A stretch of DNA of 64,000 bases from Eubacteriales bacterium (GTDB lineage Bacteria > Bacillota > Clostridia > Lachnospirales > Lachnospiraceae): assembly GCA_030527665.1 (NCBI GenBank), contig JAUNAK010000003.1, positions 10,942 through 74,941 on the forward strand, given 5' to 3'. Positions 1-8,225 of the stretch are shown piece by piece; positions within the stretch are counted from its first letter, which is position 1; each line of letters begins with the position of its first letter. The notes beneath the pieces are model-generated. The model did not search any database. It was not told the origin of the DNA and was given only the letters and a program-made list of their open reading frames with translations. The position numbers and the translations under genes were made by a program.

Positions 1-949
1 CTGCGATCTCCTTCTCCGGGAACGGACGGAATACTCGCAGCTTCAGCACGCCGACCTTCCAGCCCTCCTCGCGAAGTTCATCCACCGCCTGCTTTGCGGT
101 ACCGGCAGCAGAACCCATGATAACCATGATGTAGTCTGCATCTTCGGTACGGTACTCTTCGAACAGACCATACTGACGGCCGGACATCTCTGCAAACTTT
201 CCGGCAACTTCCAGAATGACCTCCTTGGCATTCTCCATTGCTTCTGCCTGTGCCTTTCTGGCTTCCATAACGAAATTGGAAATAGAATACGGACCTACCG
301 CAACCGGTTTGCCCGGATTCAGCAGGAACTCCTCGGGCTCATATGTGCCGGCAAATGCTTTTACGGATTCTGTCTCCAGCAGTTTGATATTCTGAACGGC
401 ATGGCTGGTGATAAAACCATCCTGGCAGATCATGATCGGCAGACGCACGCGCGGATCCTCAGCGATCGGATACGCCTGAATGAAGTTGTCATAAACTTCC
501 TGGTTGTCCTCTGCGTAGATCTGGATCCAGCCGGTATCTCTTGCTCCCATACCGTCGGTATGGTCACAGTTGATGTTCAGCGGACCGGACAGAGTACGGT
601 TTACCAGCGTCAGAGCAACCGGCATACGATTGGACGCTGCCAGAAGCAGTTCCTCCCACATCAGTGCCAGACCGGCGGAAGATGTGGCAGTCATGGTACG
701 GGCACCGGCCGCTTCCGAACCGATTGCCGCAGACATGGCAGAATGTTCACTCTCAACAGGAATGAAGTCGGTGTCCATCTGTCCGTTTGCAATATAGTTG
801 GAAACCAGCTGCGGGATCTCCGTAGACGGAGTGATCGGGAATGCCGGCATCACATCCGGTTCTACCTGACAGATCGCATAGGCAACGGCTTCGTTTCCGG
901 ACATTCTTTCTTTTAATTCTTTGCTTTTTCTAATCTCCAGCTTACTCAC
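1..949 (-). CDS. porA: Pyruvate:ferredoxin oxidoreductase alpha subunit (3' end truncated by window edge)
   Basis: Manual minus-strand translation gives MSGNEAVAYAIRQVEPDVMPAFPITPSTEIPQ...VESEHSAMSAAIG...TATSSAGLALM. A GTG start at 949 overlaps the porD stop (GTGA); an alternative in-frame ATG lies at 904. Confidence 0.92.
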   Translation of the reverse strand, partial: MSKLEIRKSKELKERMSGNEAVAYAICQVEPDVMPAFPITPSTEIPQLVSNYIANGQMDTDFIPVESEHSAMSAAIGSEAAGARTMTATSSAGLALMWEELLLAASNRMPVALTLVNRTLSGPLNINCDHTDGMGARDTGWIQIYAEDNQEVYDNFIQAYPIAEDPRVRLPIMICQDGFITSHAVQNIKLLETESVKAFAGTYEPEEFLLNPGKPVAVGPYSISNFVMEARKAQAEAMENAKEVILEVAGKFAEMSGRQYGLFEEYRTEDADYIMVIMGSAAGTAKQAVDELREEGWKVGVLKLRVFRPFPEKEIA

Positions 950-1254
950 GGTTCAATGCCCTCCTTCATCTCGATTGCATCAAAAGGACATACCGCAGCA
1001 CAGATACCGCAGCCCTTGCAATGATCATAATCAAAATCCACACGCTTGCCGTCTACCACCGGAATAGAAACATCCGGGCATACCGGACAGCAAAGCAGAC
1101 ACTGTTTGCATTTATCCGCATGAAAAACCGGTGTATTGGTTCTCCACTCTCCTGTATTGAACAGTCTGGATGTGCCGCTGCCGAAGAGCTGCATACCCTC
1201 TGTCAGTTCCGTATACGGAATTCTGTCATTTATTTTTTCTACATCTGTACGCAT
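946..1254 (-). CDS. porD: Pyruvate:ferredoxin oxidoreductase delta subunit (2x[4Fe-4S])
   Basis: TGEWRTNTPV motif plus CKQCLLCCPVCP and CKGCGICAAVCP ferredoxin motifs; lies between the gamma and alpha subunit genes. Confidence 0.92.
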   Translation of the reverse strand: MRTDVEKINDRIPYTELTEGMQLFGSGTSRLFNTGEWRTNTPVFHADKCKQCLLCCPVCPDVSIPVVDGKRVDFDYDHCKGCGICAAVCPFDAIEMKEGIEP

Positions 1255-1276
1255 ATACTATCTCTGTCCTTTCTCT

Positions 1277-1852
1277 TCAGGCTCCGACAGCTGCAAAAGC
1301 AGCTTCCAGTGCTTTCATATTTCCGTCGATAACCTCCGGCTTCTTTGCAAACTTATGTGCAAAGGACTCATGCATGTTATCGATAAAAGCCGTTTTCTCC
1401 ATAACCCCGCTGACGGCAACCGTTGCTGCCAGCATCGGTGTATTCGGGAAGTTTTTGCCCAGGGTCTCTTCGGAGATCGCTCTGGCATCTACGGTAACGA
1501 CCTTGCCGGCATAACCGTTCAGCATCGGGCGGATCTCCTCCGCCGGTTTCGGTGTATTCACAATGATCGCTCCCTCTTCCTTCAGACCGTTGGTAACATC
1601 CACGGAGTGCAGTAAGGTCTCATCCACAACGACAACAACATCCGGATAATAGATGTTGGAATGTACGCGGATCGGATCGGTACTGATTCGATTGAATGCC
1701 GTGATCGGTGCTCCCATTCGCTCCGGGCCGTATTCCGGAAATCCCTGCACATTCTGTCCTGTCTTGAAGCAGACATCTGCCAGAAGCAGTGCTGCTGTCT
1801 TGGCACCCTGACCGCCCCGGCCGTGCCATCTGATCTCAAGGGTATTTTTCAT
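1277..1852 (-). CDS. porC: Pyruvate:ferredoxin oxidoreductase gamma subunit
   Basis: EIRWHGRGGQGAKTAA, YGPERMGAP and PNTPMLAA motifs. Confidence 0.93.
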   Translation of the reverse strand: MKNTLEIRWHGRGGQGAKTAALLLADVCFKTGQNVQGFPEYGPERMGAPITAFNRISTDPIRVHSNIYYPDVVVVVDETLLHSVDVTNGLKEEGAIIVNTPKPAEEIRPMLNGYAGKVVTVDARAISEETLGKNFPNTPMLAATVAVSGVMEKTAFIDNMHESFAHKFAKKPEVIDGNMKALEAAFAAVGA

Positions 1853-2084
1853 TTCTGATTCTCCTCATATCCTGTTTATACGGATTTTTCTATTTTTTCT
1901 TTCACGAGCCGGATCCAGTTTTCCAGGGCTCCGCTCTCCGCCTTTGTCTGTTTCAATTCGTTCATCACACAGGTGACAAAAGCTCAACGCTACTATTATA
2001 TCTGTTCGCTCAAAAATGTAAATGGAATTTGTACAATTTTTTTCATCAGATTGTTGAATATTTTTCACTTTTATTAGAAAGAAA

Positions 2085-2106
2085 CAGGAGGGTTTTCACC
2101 CTCCTG
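2085..2106 (-). terminator. Intrinsic terminator downstream of the secreted modular protein gene
   Basis: Hairpin CAGGAGGGT-N4-ACCCTCCTG followed by TTTCTTT on the minus strand. Confidence 0.75.
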
Positions 2107-2163
2107 CTTCTGCAGACAGATCCACCTGCCTGAGCTGCTGCCATGTATTCGTCTGTGGATCTG

Positions 2164-4143
2164 TTATGCATTCTTATAGTTTACGGTTACCGCTCTGGAA
2201 TAGGTGTACACATAATTGCCGTCCTCATCGATGTAGCGGATATAGGCTCTGGCAACATAATCGCTGGAAGCCGATCTGGCCGTAAAGGTTGCCGAGAAGG
2301 AACCATCCTCCTTGTATGCACTCTCTTTAAAGCTTACATTGGTTCTTCCTGCGGTTCCGATGGTAAGCTCCTTGTTTCCCAGCTTTGATTTCTGAATAAA
2401 GATGATACCGTGGGAAACCACCTCGTAGCACTCATCCTTCTCCGTAAACTCACGGAAGAAACCGGTAAGTTTGATCTTCGGAGAAACACTGCCCTTTCCG
2501 GTAAAGATACCTGCAGACGGAGTCATTTTGGAAGCAAGCTTTGCGATCACCTCGGTTCTGGTTACGCCGCAGGAACCACAGCGGTACAGGCGAAGTCCCG
2601 TAGATGTCTTCGATGCTTTCACGATATCGGTACCGTTATCCCATGCATGCGCAAGCTTCGGGATCACCTCTGTATAACTGCTGTCACATGCATTGCACCG
2701 GTAGGTCAGTACACCGTCCTCTTTGCAGGTGGCAGGCTTTGTAACCTCTCCTGCATAGTAATGTCCGCGGGCAGGAACCGCATAGCCGGATGCAAGAAAA
2801 GCATTTTCTCTTGCACAGTAATAATCGCCGGAATATCCATCTTCGGTACAGGTCGGATCAACAGCATTTCTTACTTCAAACGCATGTCCGAATGCAGGAA
2901 CGCTCTCTCCTTCCTGCACGATTTTCTGACAGGTATTGCACCACAGATCCCCGCTGTATCCGTCCTCGGTACAGGATGCTTCTTTTGCATTCCGAAGTTC
3001 GGAATCTTTATGCAGGCACTCTTTCTCCGTAACCTCGATCTCATAAACAGAAGAATCGTTTCCATCCTCGGATACGGTAACCACGCGCACGATCTTCCTG
3101 TCATCTTCTTCCACTGCCGGAAGGACGGTATATGCTGCATTCTCCTCTGCATCCGCAGTAATAACCGCTTCGTCTGCAGCAGCTGCAGCTTCGCCGGTAA
3201 AATGCCTGGAGTCTCCCTTTTCTTCGGCTTCCGTACCGTCTACGTATATAGCATTCAGTTCAGACGATGTCTGCGGTACGACCGTACCCTTCACGCCTTC
3301 CAGTTCGGCTTCTATCAGAGCAACACAATTCGCTTCACCTTCTGCATTTGTCGGGCTCAGAAAGGTAATACGAAGGGTATTTGCCTCTACTGCTTCTGTA
3401 AATGTATACACATATTCACCGCCTAGACCGTTTTCTGCCCTGCTGATCTCGTTCTCTTCATAGCCAACGGAACTGTACTCGGTGCCGTCCATCGAATACT
3501 CAAACCAGATGCCCGCCGGATATACAGCCGTCCGGTTATCCCAGTAATAAACCAGATCCGCGCTGTTGATCTGATGCGGTGCATCCCAGGAAAAAGAGAG
3601 CGATACGATATTGCTGTTGTTTCTGTTATTGTAATTCGACCATCTCTCACTGGTATTATCAACGATCTCTTTATTGCCGTTGACGATCGATGCAAGTTCA
3701 TCTGACTGCAGGGACGGATCTTCAATGCTCTGCGAAAGTACAGCTGCCGGTGCCGCATTGGTTTCACCGGTGATATCATAGGAAGCTTCCGCAACGCGTA
3801 CGCTGCATGTCACCGGAAGCGTCAGGCTGTCATCAATTACAGCGGAACCCTGTACAACGACTATACTGCCGACAGATGCAAACATGGAACGTTCGATTGA
3901 CTCCCAGGTTACCGCAAATTCTCCTGCTGTTTCTCCATTCTGATCCAGTCCGATCACTGTCTTCGGAAGTACGGGCAGCTGAAAAGGAGCCGTTGCTGCA
4001 GAAATATTCAGCAGAGCTTCACATACTCCCTGTTCAATCTCTGCGTTCTGCTCATCCGCAAATCCCGGAACTGCCGCAGATGCTGCAAAGACGGATGCCG
4101 ATACAGCTAAAACAAGCGTTTTTTTCAAGAAATTGTTTTTCAT
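2164..4143 (-). CDS. Secreted modular surface protein (Ig-like/Big_4, F5/8-type-C-like, Cys-rich CTEDG repeats)
   Basis: Signal peptide MKNNFLKKTLVLAVSASVFAASA with an RBS before ATG 4143. Contains LPKTV...VTWE Ig-like repeat, a discoidin-like segment, four H...ATC/SCTEDG...CxxC repeats and a C-terminal ARAYIRY domain. Confidence 0.75.
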   Translation of the reverse strand: MKNNFLKKTLVLAVSASVFAASAAVPGFADEQNAEIEQGVCEALLNISAATAPFQLPVLPKTVIGLDQNGETAGEFAVTWESIERSMFASVGSIVVVQGSAVIDDSLTLPVTCSVRVAEASYDITGETNAAPAAVLSQSIEDPSLQSDELASIVNGNKEIVDNTSERWSNYNNRNNSNIVSLSFSWDAPHQINSADLVYYWDNRTAVYPAGIWFEYSMDGTEYSSVGYEENEISRAENGLGGEYVYTFTEAVEANTLRITFLSPTNAEGEANCVALIEAELEGVKGTVVPQTSSELNAIYVDGTEAEEKGDSRHFTGEAAAAADEAVITADAEENAAYTVLPAVEEDDRKIVRVVTVSEDGNDSSVYEIEVTEKECLHKDSELRNAKEASCTEDGYSGDLWCNTCQKIVQEGESVPAFGHAFEVRNAVDPTCTEDGYSGDYYCARENAFLASGYAVPARGHYYAGEVTKPATCKEDGVLTYRCNACDSSYTEVIPKLAHAWDNGTDIVKASKTSTGLRLYRCGSCGVTRTEVIAKLASKMTPSAGIFTGKGSVSPKIKLTGFFREFTEKDECYEVVSHGIIFIQKSKLGNKELTIGTAGRTNVSFKESAYKEDGSFSATFTARSASSDYVARAYIRYIDEDGNYVYTYSRAVTVNYKNA

Positions 4144-4454
4144 TTCCCTTCTCCTGTGTGTAAAACATAAAATCCCAACTATTACCAATAGCTTTTGACG
4201 TTTCGGATATATTTATTCCGCTTCCGAACCCTCATTATTCCCATTGATATCCTACACCTTTCCTATTATTTGCGCAACTTCTTTTATATGTTTTCCTAAT
4301 TTTCGTAATATATCTCTAAGTAAAAGCCCACCGGACATTCTTTTGCCTGCCTGGCAACTATGAAAAACACGTTTTGCGAGTTTCTCAAGTTGTCGCGGCG
4401 CTCCTTGAATGCTCGTGCCAGCACGGCATTCTCATCGCTGCCCGCACAAACACA

Positions 4455-4490
4455 AAAAGGAATGCCTCTCCTCCGATCGGCATTCCTTTT
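4455..4490 (-). terminator. Intrinsic terminator closing the RiPP-like cluster
   Basis: 12-bp stem AAAAGGAATGCC/GGCATTCCTTTT just after the stop at 4512, with a U-tract on the minus strand. Confidence 0.8.
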
Positions 4491-4511
4491 CCATATTCTG
4501 TACTGTTTCTG

Positions 4512-5624
4512 TTATTCTTCATACTCCCGAATCATAATAACACGGGCATTGTCATTCGTATAATGCTCCGGATAGATCGTCATCTCCATCCCCGGTTCCA
4601 GTCCTTCCAGCTTCGCGGTATAGGTGATACCTCCCAGATACATATTATCTGCCGTCAGCTTATAAAAGATACGAATTGCAGGAAGAGTCTCCCCGCTGAT
4701 ATTGGTGATGGTGATTCCATCTTCTTCAGCCGCTGCTGCCGTAACCTTCTCGCCAAGCATGCCCGCATCGCCGTAAGCGACCGTTACCGCACCGGGATAT
4801 ACCATGGTATCGGCATAGGCTGCCTGATTTTTCTCCAGAACAACTACGCTCTCACCAGCCGGAATCGCCGATGCTTCAAACTGCCAGGCTGCCCCGTCTG
4901 CGATCACTTCAAACTGTACCAGACTGATCAGACGATCTCCGGTATTCTCTATGATTGCAGCAGGCACATTGCTGCATTCTGTATCCAGCATCTGTTCGAT
5001 ATAGATACCTTCATACGGCCGGATTCCTTTCAGCCGCAGCGGTGTGTTTCCAAGCATGCCGTCATATTCCGACGCCTGCATAGAAGCTGTATCTTCTTCG
5101 CTTTCCACAGCCGGATTCTCCGGACTTCCATAGACCGGAAACTGCTCCAGGTCCACTTCATCCATATTGGCTGTTCCATCTGCACTTCTTCCGGTCTGTA
5201 CAGTATTACTGCTGCCGCTTTGCTCCGCTGCATCATCGGTCTCATTTACAGGAGGTGTACTGCTGTCCGGCTTCTGTTCTTCCTGCAGTACGGCAGTTTC
5301 ATCCGTTTTCTCCTGGTCCGATGGCTCGGAAGTTACCCTGATTCCAGTTTCTTCATCCGCGCCGCCAATACTCGTGGAAGAAGTCTCCCCCTTTTCCTGC
5401 TGCAAGGTCTGCTCTGCGGGCGTCTGCACAGCAATGCTGCTGTCTGCGGCAGTATCGATTGTCTGTTTCTCTGCCTCCTGTGCGGGTCTGCCGGCTGCAA
5501 GCTTTACTGCAGCGACAGCGATCACCAGAAGCACAAGAACAAGCACTGCAATTCCAACCGGGGTTTTGACCCATGCCTTGATTTTTTCCATACCTTCCGG
5601 ATTCTGTTCCTTCTTATTGCTCAT
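4512..5624 (-). CDS. Membrane-anchored hypothetical protein (N-terminal TM, acidic linker, C-terminal beta-rich domain)
   Basis: Hydrophobic stretch PVGIAVLVLVLLVIAVAAV, then an E/T/S/D-rich linker and a globular C-terminus; starts 9 nt after the rSAM stop with an AAGGAG RBS. Confidence 0.8.
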   Translation of the reverse strand: MSNKKEQNPEGMEKIKAWVKTPVGIAVLVLVLLVIAVAAVKLAAGRPAQEAEKQTIDTAADSSIAVQTPAEQTLQQEKGETSSTSIGGADEETGIRVTSEPSDQEKTDETAVLQEEQKPDSSTPPVNETDDAAEQSGSSNTVQTGRSADGTANMDEVDLEQFPVYGSPENPAVESEEDTASMQASEYDGMLGNTPLRLKGIRPYEGIYIEQMLDTECSNVPAAIIENTGDRLISLVQFEVIADGAAWQFEASAIPAGESVVVLEKNQAAYADTMVYPGAVTVAYGDAGMLGEKVTAAAAEEDGITITNISGETLPAIRIFYKLTADNMYLGGITYTAKLEGLEPGMEMTIYPEHYTNDNARVIMIREYEE

Positions 5625-5633
5625 GTTTTCTCC

Positions 5634-6794
5634 TTACTCCATCGTTCCGGTATATCCGGACTTTCCTTCTTCCATCTCTTCCAGAACCTGCCTGCACGCA
5701 TCTGTATAGCATTCCGTCATCCGGCATCGGTACAGCGGTTCCTTTTCATAATCCCCGCTCTCGGCAAGCACCATCGCCGCACAGACCCCGCATTTCTTCC
5801 TTGATGCACAGGATGTACATTTTGCAGGCATACGGATTGCAGCCGTTCTCTGTACGATCGTTTTCCATGCACCGGCAAAACCCGTTTCAATAATATCTGC
5901 AGACGGCTGATCCAGCATACCGCAGGAAAGCATCTTTCCTTCCCATGTGACCCAAAAGGAGGATTTTCCCGCATGACAGCGAATGCCTTCCCGCTCCTCT
6001 GTCGTCTCCGTCGTAAAATCCAGACAGCTGTCCTCTGCCAGCATAGTATCCGTCCGTTTTCGGAATGCTTTCGGTCCCATATTGTACAGCTGGTTCCAGG
6101 CACTGTAGTAAGCTGCTGTTTCCGGTGTGAAACGGTCGTTTCTCCCGATATTTTCTCTTCCCTTACGGATCGGCGGAAACAAGTAGGTAACTGTCTGGAT
6201 ATACAGCTCTTCCTCTGCGGCGATCTTCCGAATAGCATGAAAATCCTCTGCATTATACGGAGTAACGGTATAATTCAGTTTTACTTCGATGCCTTCCCGC
6301 TTTAACAGATGTATTCCGCGCATGACCTGATCAAATCCCTGTGGATTGGCACACAGCCTTGCATACGATGCGTTGGAGGCTCCATACAGGGTAATGTTGA
6401 TGCGGATCGGTGGTCTCTCTTTCAGCCAGCTGATCACCTGCTCATCGATCAGCGTACCGTTGCTGTTGATCGTGAGTACAAATCCCATGTCATGCAGTTC
6501 TTCATAGATCTCCCGGAAATCCGGCCGCAGAAAAGGTTCTCCGCCGGTCAGAAGCAGGAACAGCAGCCCTTGTTCCCGGGCCTCTCTTCCGATACGGATC
6601 CACTCCCCGGCAGGCAGAAGATCCCGTCCCATTTCTTCCCGCGTCTTTCGTACATAGCACATTCTACAGTTCATATTGCACATCGGAGTCAGTTCAAACG
6701 TGCCTCCGATCGGAATCTGCAGACGATCCGCTTTTTGATACAGATAGGTATTAAGTCCGGGAAGTTGATACTGTACATTCATCCGCTGTCCCAT
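5634..6794 (-). CDS. Radical SAM/SPASM-domain protein, putative peptide maturase
   Basis: CNMNCRMC (CxxxCxxC), LTGGEPFL and a 7-Cys SPASM pattern (CHAG...SC...CTSC...CGVC...C). An alternative start lies at 6782. Confidence 0.92.
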   Translation of the reverse strand: MGQRMNVQYQLPGLNTYLYQKADRLQIPIGGTFELTPMCNMNCRMCYVRKTREEMGRDLLPAGEWIRIGREAREQGLLFLLLTGGEPFLRPDFREIYEELHDMGFVLTINSNGTLIDEQVISWLKERPPIRINITLYGASNASYARLCANPQGFDQVMRGIHLLKREGIEVKLNYTVTPYNAEDFHAIRKIAAEEELYIQTVTYLFPPIRKGRENIGRNDRFTPETAAYYSAWNQLYNMGPKAFRKRTDTMLAEDSCLDFTTETTEEREGIRCHAGKSSFWVTWEGKMLSCGMLDQPSADIIETGFAGAWKTIVQRTAAIRMPAKCTSCASRKKCGVCAAMVLAESGDYEKEPLYRCRMTECYTDACRQVLEEMEEGKSGYTGTME

Positions 6795-7665
6795 CCTCCT
6801 TCATTTTTTCCTTCAGACACTGCACCGCCTGTTCATCCGGTGTACAGGCCAGCAGATATACCGGAATGTCCCCCGCAAGCGTAATCAGTTCCTGCAGGAT
6901 CCTTTCCTGCAGCTCACGGATCCAGGAATAGACAAACGTCTCACTGAGCATTCGTTTAAAAGCTTCTGTCACATCCAGACGCCGGATCCGGCATTCCTTC
7001 GCCTGCTCCAGAAATACAATTGCCTGTATGGACGCCGAATCATTCCGATAGATTCCGGATGTCCCTGCGTAAGGCAGACCGTACGCCTTCCAGTCTCCGG
7101 CAATTCTGCGCACGCCGGTTCTGTCACCATTGATGATGGTCCATCCCTGCAGTTTTTCCCAAAGCTCTGCCTGCGTACTCTTTCCGGCACCGCTGCGTCC
7201 GGAAAACAGAATTGCCCGGTTTCCTTTACAGATGCATGCGCTGTGCATAATAAAGGCACGCTTCAGATTCAGGATCATGGTCAGTTCCATATGTGTAAAC
7301 AGCCCTAGCGCCGATTCCAGATTGATCTCCGTTCCGATTCCTCTGCACAGCAGCTGAACAGGCCCCGTTCCTTCCTCTGCACGCAGATTGGTCTGCAGAC
7401 AGAAATACGGCTCTCTGCCCACATTGACCCGCTCATATTTCATAAGCGTACTGCCCGTCAGATAATACTGCGATGGCTGATTTTCAAATATTTTATATTC
7501 CTCCGAGGGCCTGTCATCGATCACATCGACCAGTGTCCAGTGTACGATGAAATCCGCCTCCCGGTTATTTTCCTCTTCAAAATCCGCAAAACGCTCCCCG
7601 GATCTCCATGCAAAGGGAGCCTCGATCTCTATGATATAATCGGCGATCCGATATTTTTTATTCAT
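6751..7665 (-). CDS. HPr-kinase-like P-loop protein, putative peptide kinase
   Basis: MHSA...AILFSGRSGAGKSTQ Walker A motif followed by IINGDR, a layout typical of HprK-related/ScmC-like proteins. Its 3' end overlaps the rSAM start; start chosen at MNKKY (alternative 7677). Confidence 0.75.
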   Translation of the reverse strand: MNKKYRIADYIIEIEAPFAWRSGERFADFEEENNREADFIVHWTLVDVIDDRPSEEYKIFENQPSQYYLTGSTLMKYERVNVGREPYFCLQTNLRAEEGTGPVQLLCRGIGTEINLESALGLFTHMELTMILNLKRAFIMHSACICKGNRAILFSGRSGAGKSTQAELWEKLQGWTIINGDRTGVRRIAGDWKAYGLPYAGTSGIYRNDSASIQAIVFLEQAKECRIRRLDVTEAFKRMLSETFVYSWIRELQERILQELITLAGDIPVYLLACTPDEQAVQCLKEKMKEDGTADECTVSTSRT

Positions 7666-7692
7666 ATATTCTCTCATACATAGGTTTTTATG

Positions 7693-7846
7693 CCAAAAAC
7701 TTGTGCAGCTGCAGCGCACTTGCTGCCCGGCAGTATCATCCAAAGTTCCTATTCCAAAATCGTGTACGCCTGCCGCGCACCCGCTGACCCGGCAGCATCA
7801 CCCATGGTTCCTGTTCCCAAATCCTGTGCGCCTGCCGCACACCTGC
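7693..7846. repeat. Imperfect ~62-bp tandem repeat, about 2.5 copies
   Basis: Matching motifs recur at 7693/7754/7816, CCCGGCAG at 7726/7788 and GTTCCT at 7745/7807. Confidence 0.8.
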
Positions 7847-7890
7847 AGCTCGATTCGTATTACGAATACTGCCGCCTATGACAGAACATA

Positions 7891-7910
7891 GCCGGGTCAA
7901 AAGACCCGGC
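7891..7910 (-). terminator. GC-rich stem-loop downstream of the precursor-like peptide gene
   Basis: GCCGGGTC-AAAA-GACCCGGC about 25 nt after the peptide stop. There is no clear U-tract, so it may be a stabiliser or partial terminator. Confidence 0.55.
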
Positions 7911-7934
7911 CATACTCTGATACCTATCCTGTTC

Positions 7935-8210
7935 TCAGGATGTGAACACCTGTACATTATCTCCGCCTGAGTTGTAGCACCAGATGCCGACGGAATTGGC
8001 ATCCTCGACATAGGCATCTCCACAGGCATCCTGGTTACTGTAAGCAATAACAGCACCGTTATCCATCCAGGCACAGCTGTATGGATCTCCCTGTGCGGGT
8101 CCTCCCATACTGCCGCCGCCATTTGAACCTGCACCGCATGCTCCGGCAATGTTTGCCGATAAAGAATACTGCTCAAAATAGACGGCAGGCTTCAGATATT
8201 TCTTCTTCAT
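7935..8210 (-). CDS. 91-aa putative RiPP precursor peptide
   Basis: Strong RBS (GGAAAGGAG). Leader MKKKYLKPAVYFEQYSLSANIAGAC, Gly-rich acidic core with Cys25/46/63/78, C-terminus VQVFTS. Lies in an operon with RRE, kinase-like and rSAM genes. Confidence 0.75.
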   Translation of the reverse strand: MKKKYLKPAVYFEQYSLSANIAGACGAGSNGGGSMGGPAQGDPYSCAWMDNGAVIAYSNQDACGDAYVEDANSVGIWCYNSGGDNVQVFTS

Positions 8211-8225
8211 TTTCTATCTCCTTTC

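Noticed and set aside
1990-2075. Possible Rex site upstream of the por operon
   Set aside because: The best candidates (TTGTACAATTTTTTTCAT, GTTGAATATTTTTCAC) match only half the consensus or have wrong spacing.
4335-4445. Riboswitch or repeat element upstream of the secreted protein gene
   Set aside because: Only small hairpins (TTGCC/GGCAA) and short similarity to other intergenic elements (GCTCGTGC, GGCATTCTC). There is no c-di-GMP or other riboswitch core.
7693-7846. CRISPR array
   Set aside because: The units are contiguous degenerate tandem copies with no unique spacers, and there are no cas genes.
7736-8176. Alternative 146-aa ORF overlapping the precursor gene
   Set aside because: It overlaps the 91-aa ORF in another frame, has no comparable RBS and runs into the non-triplet repeat.
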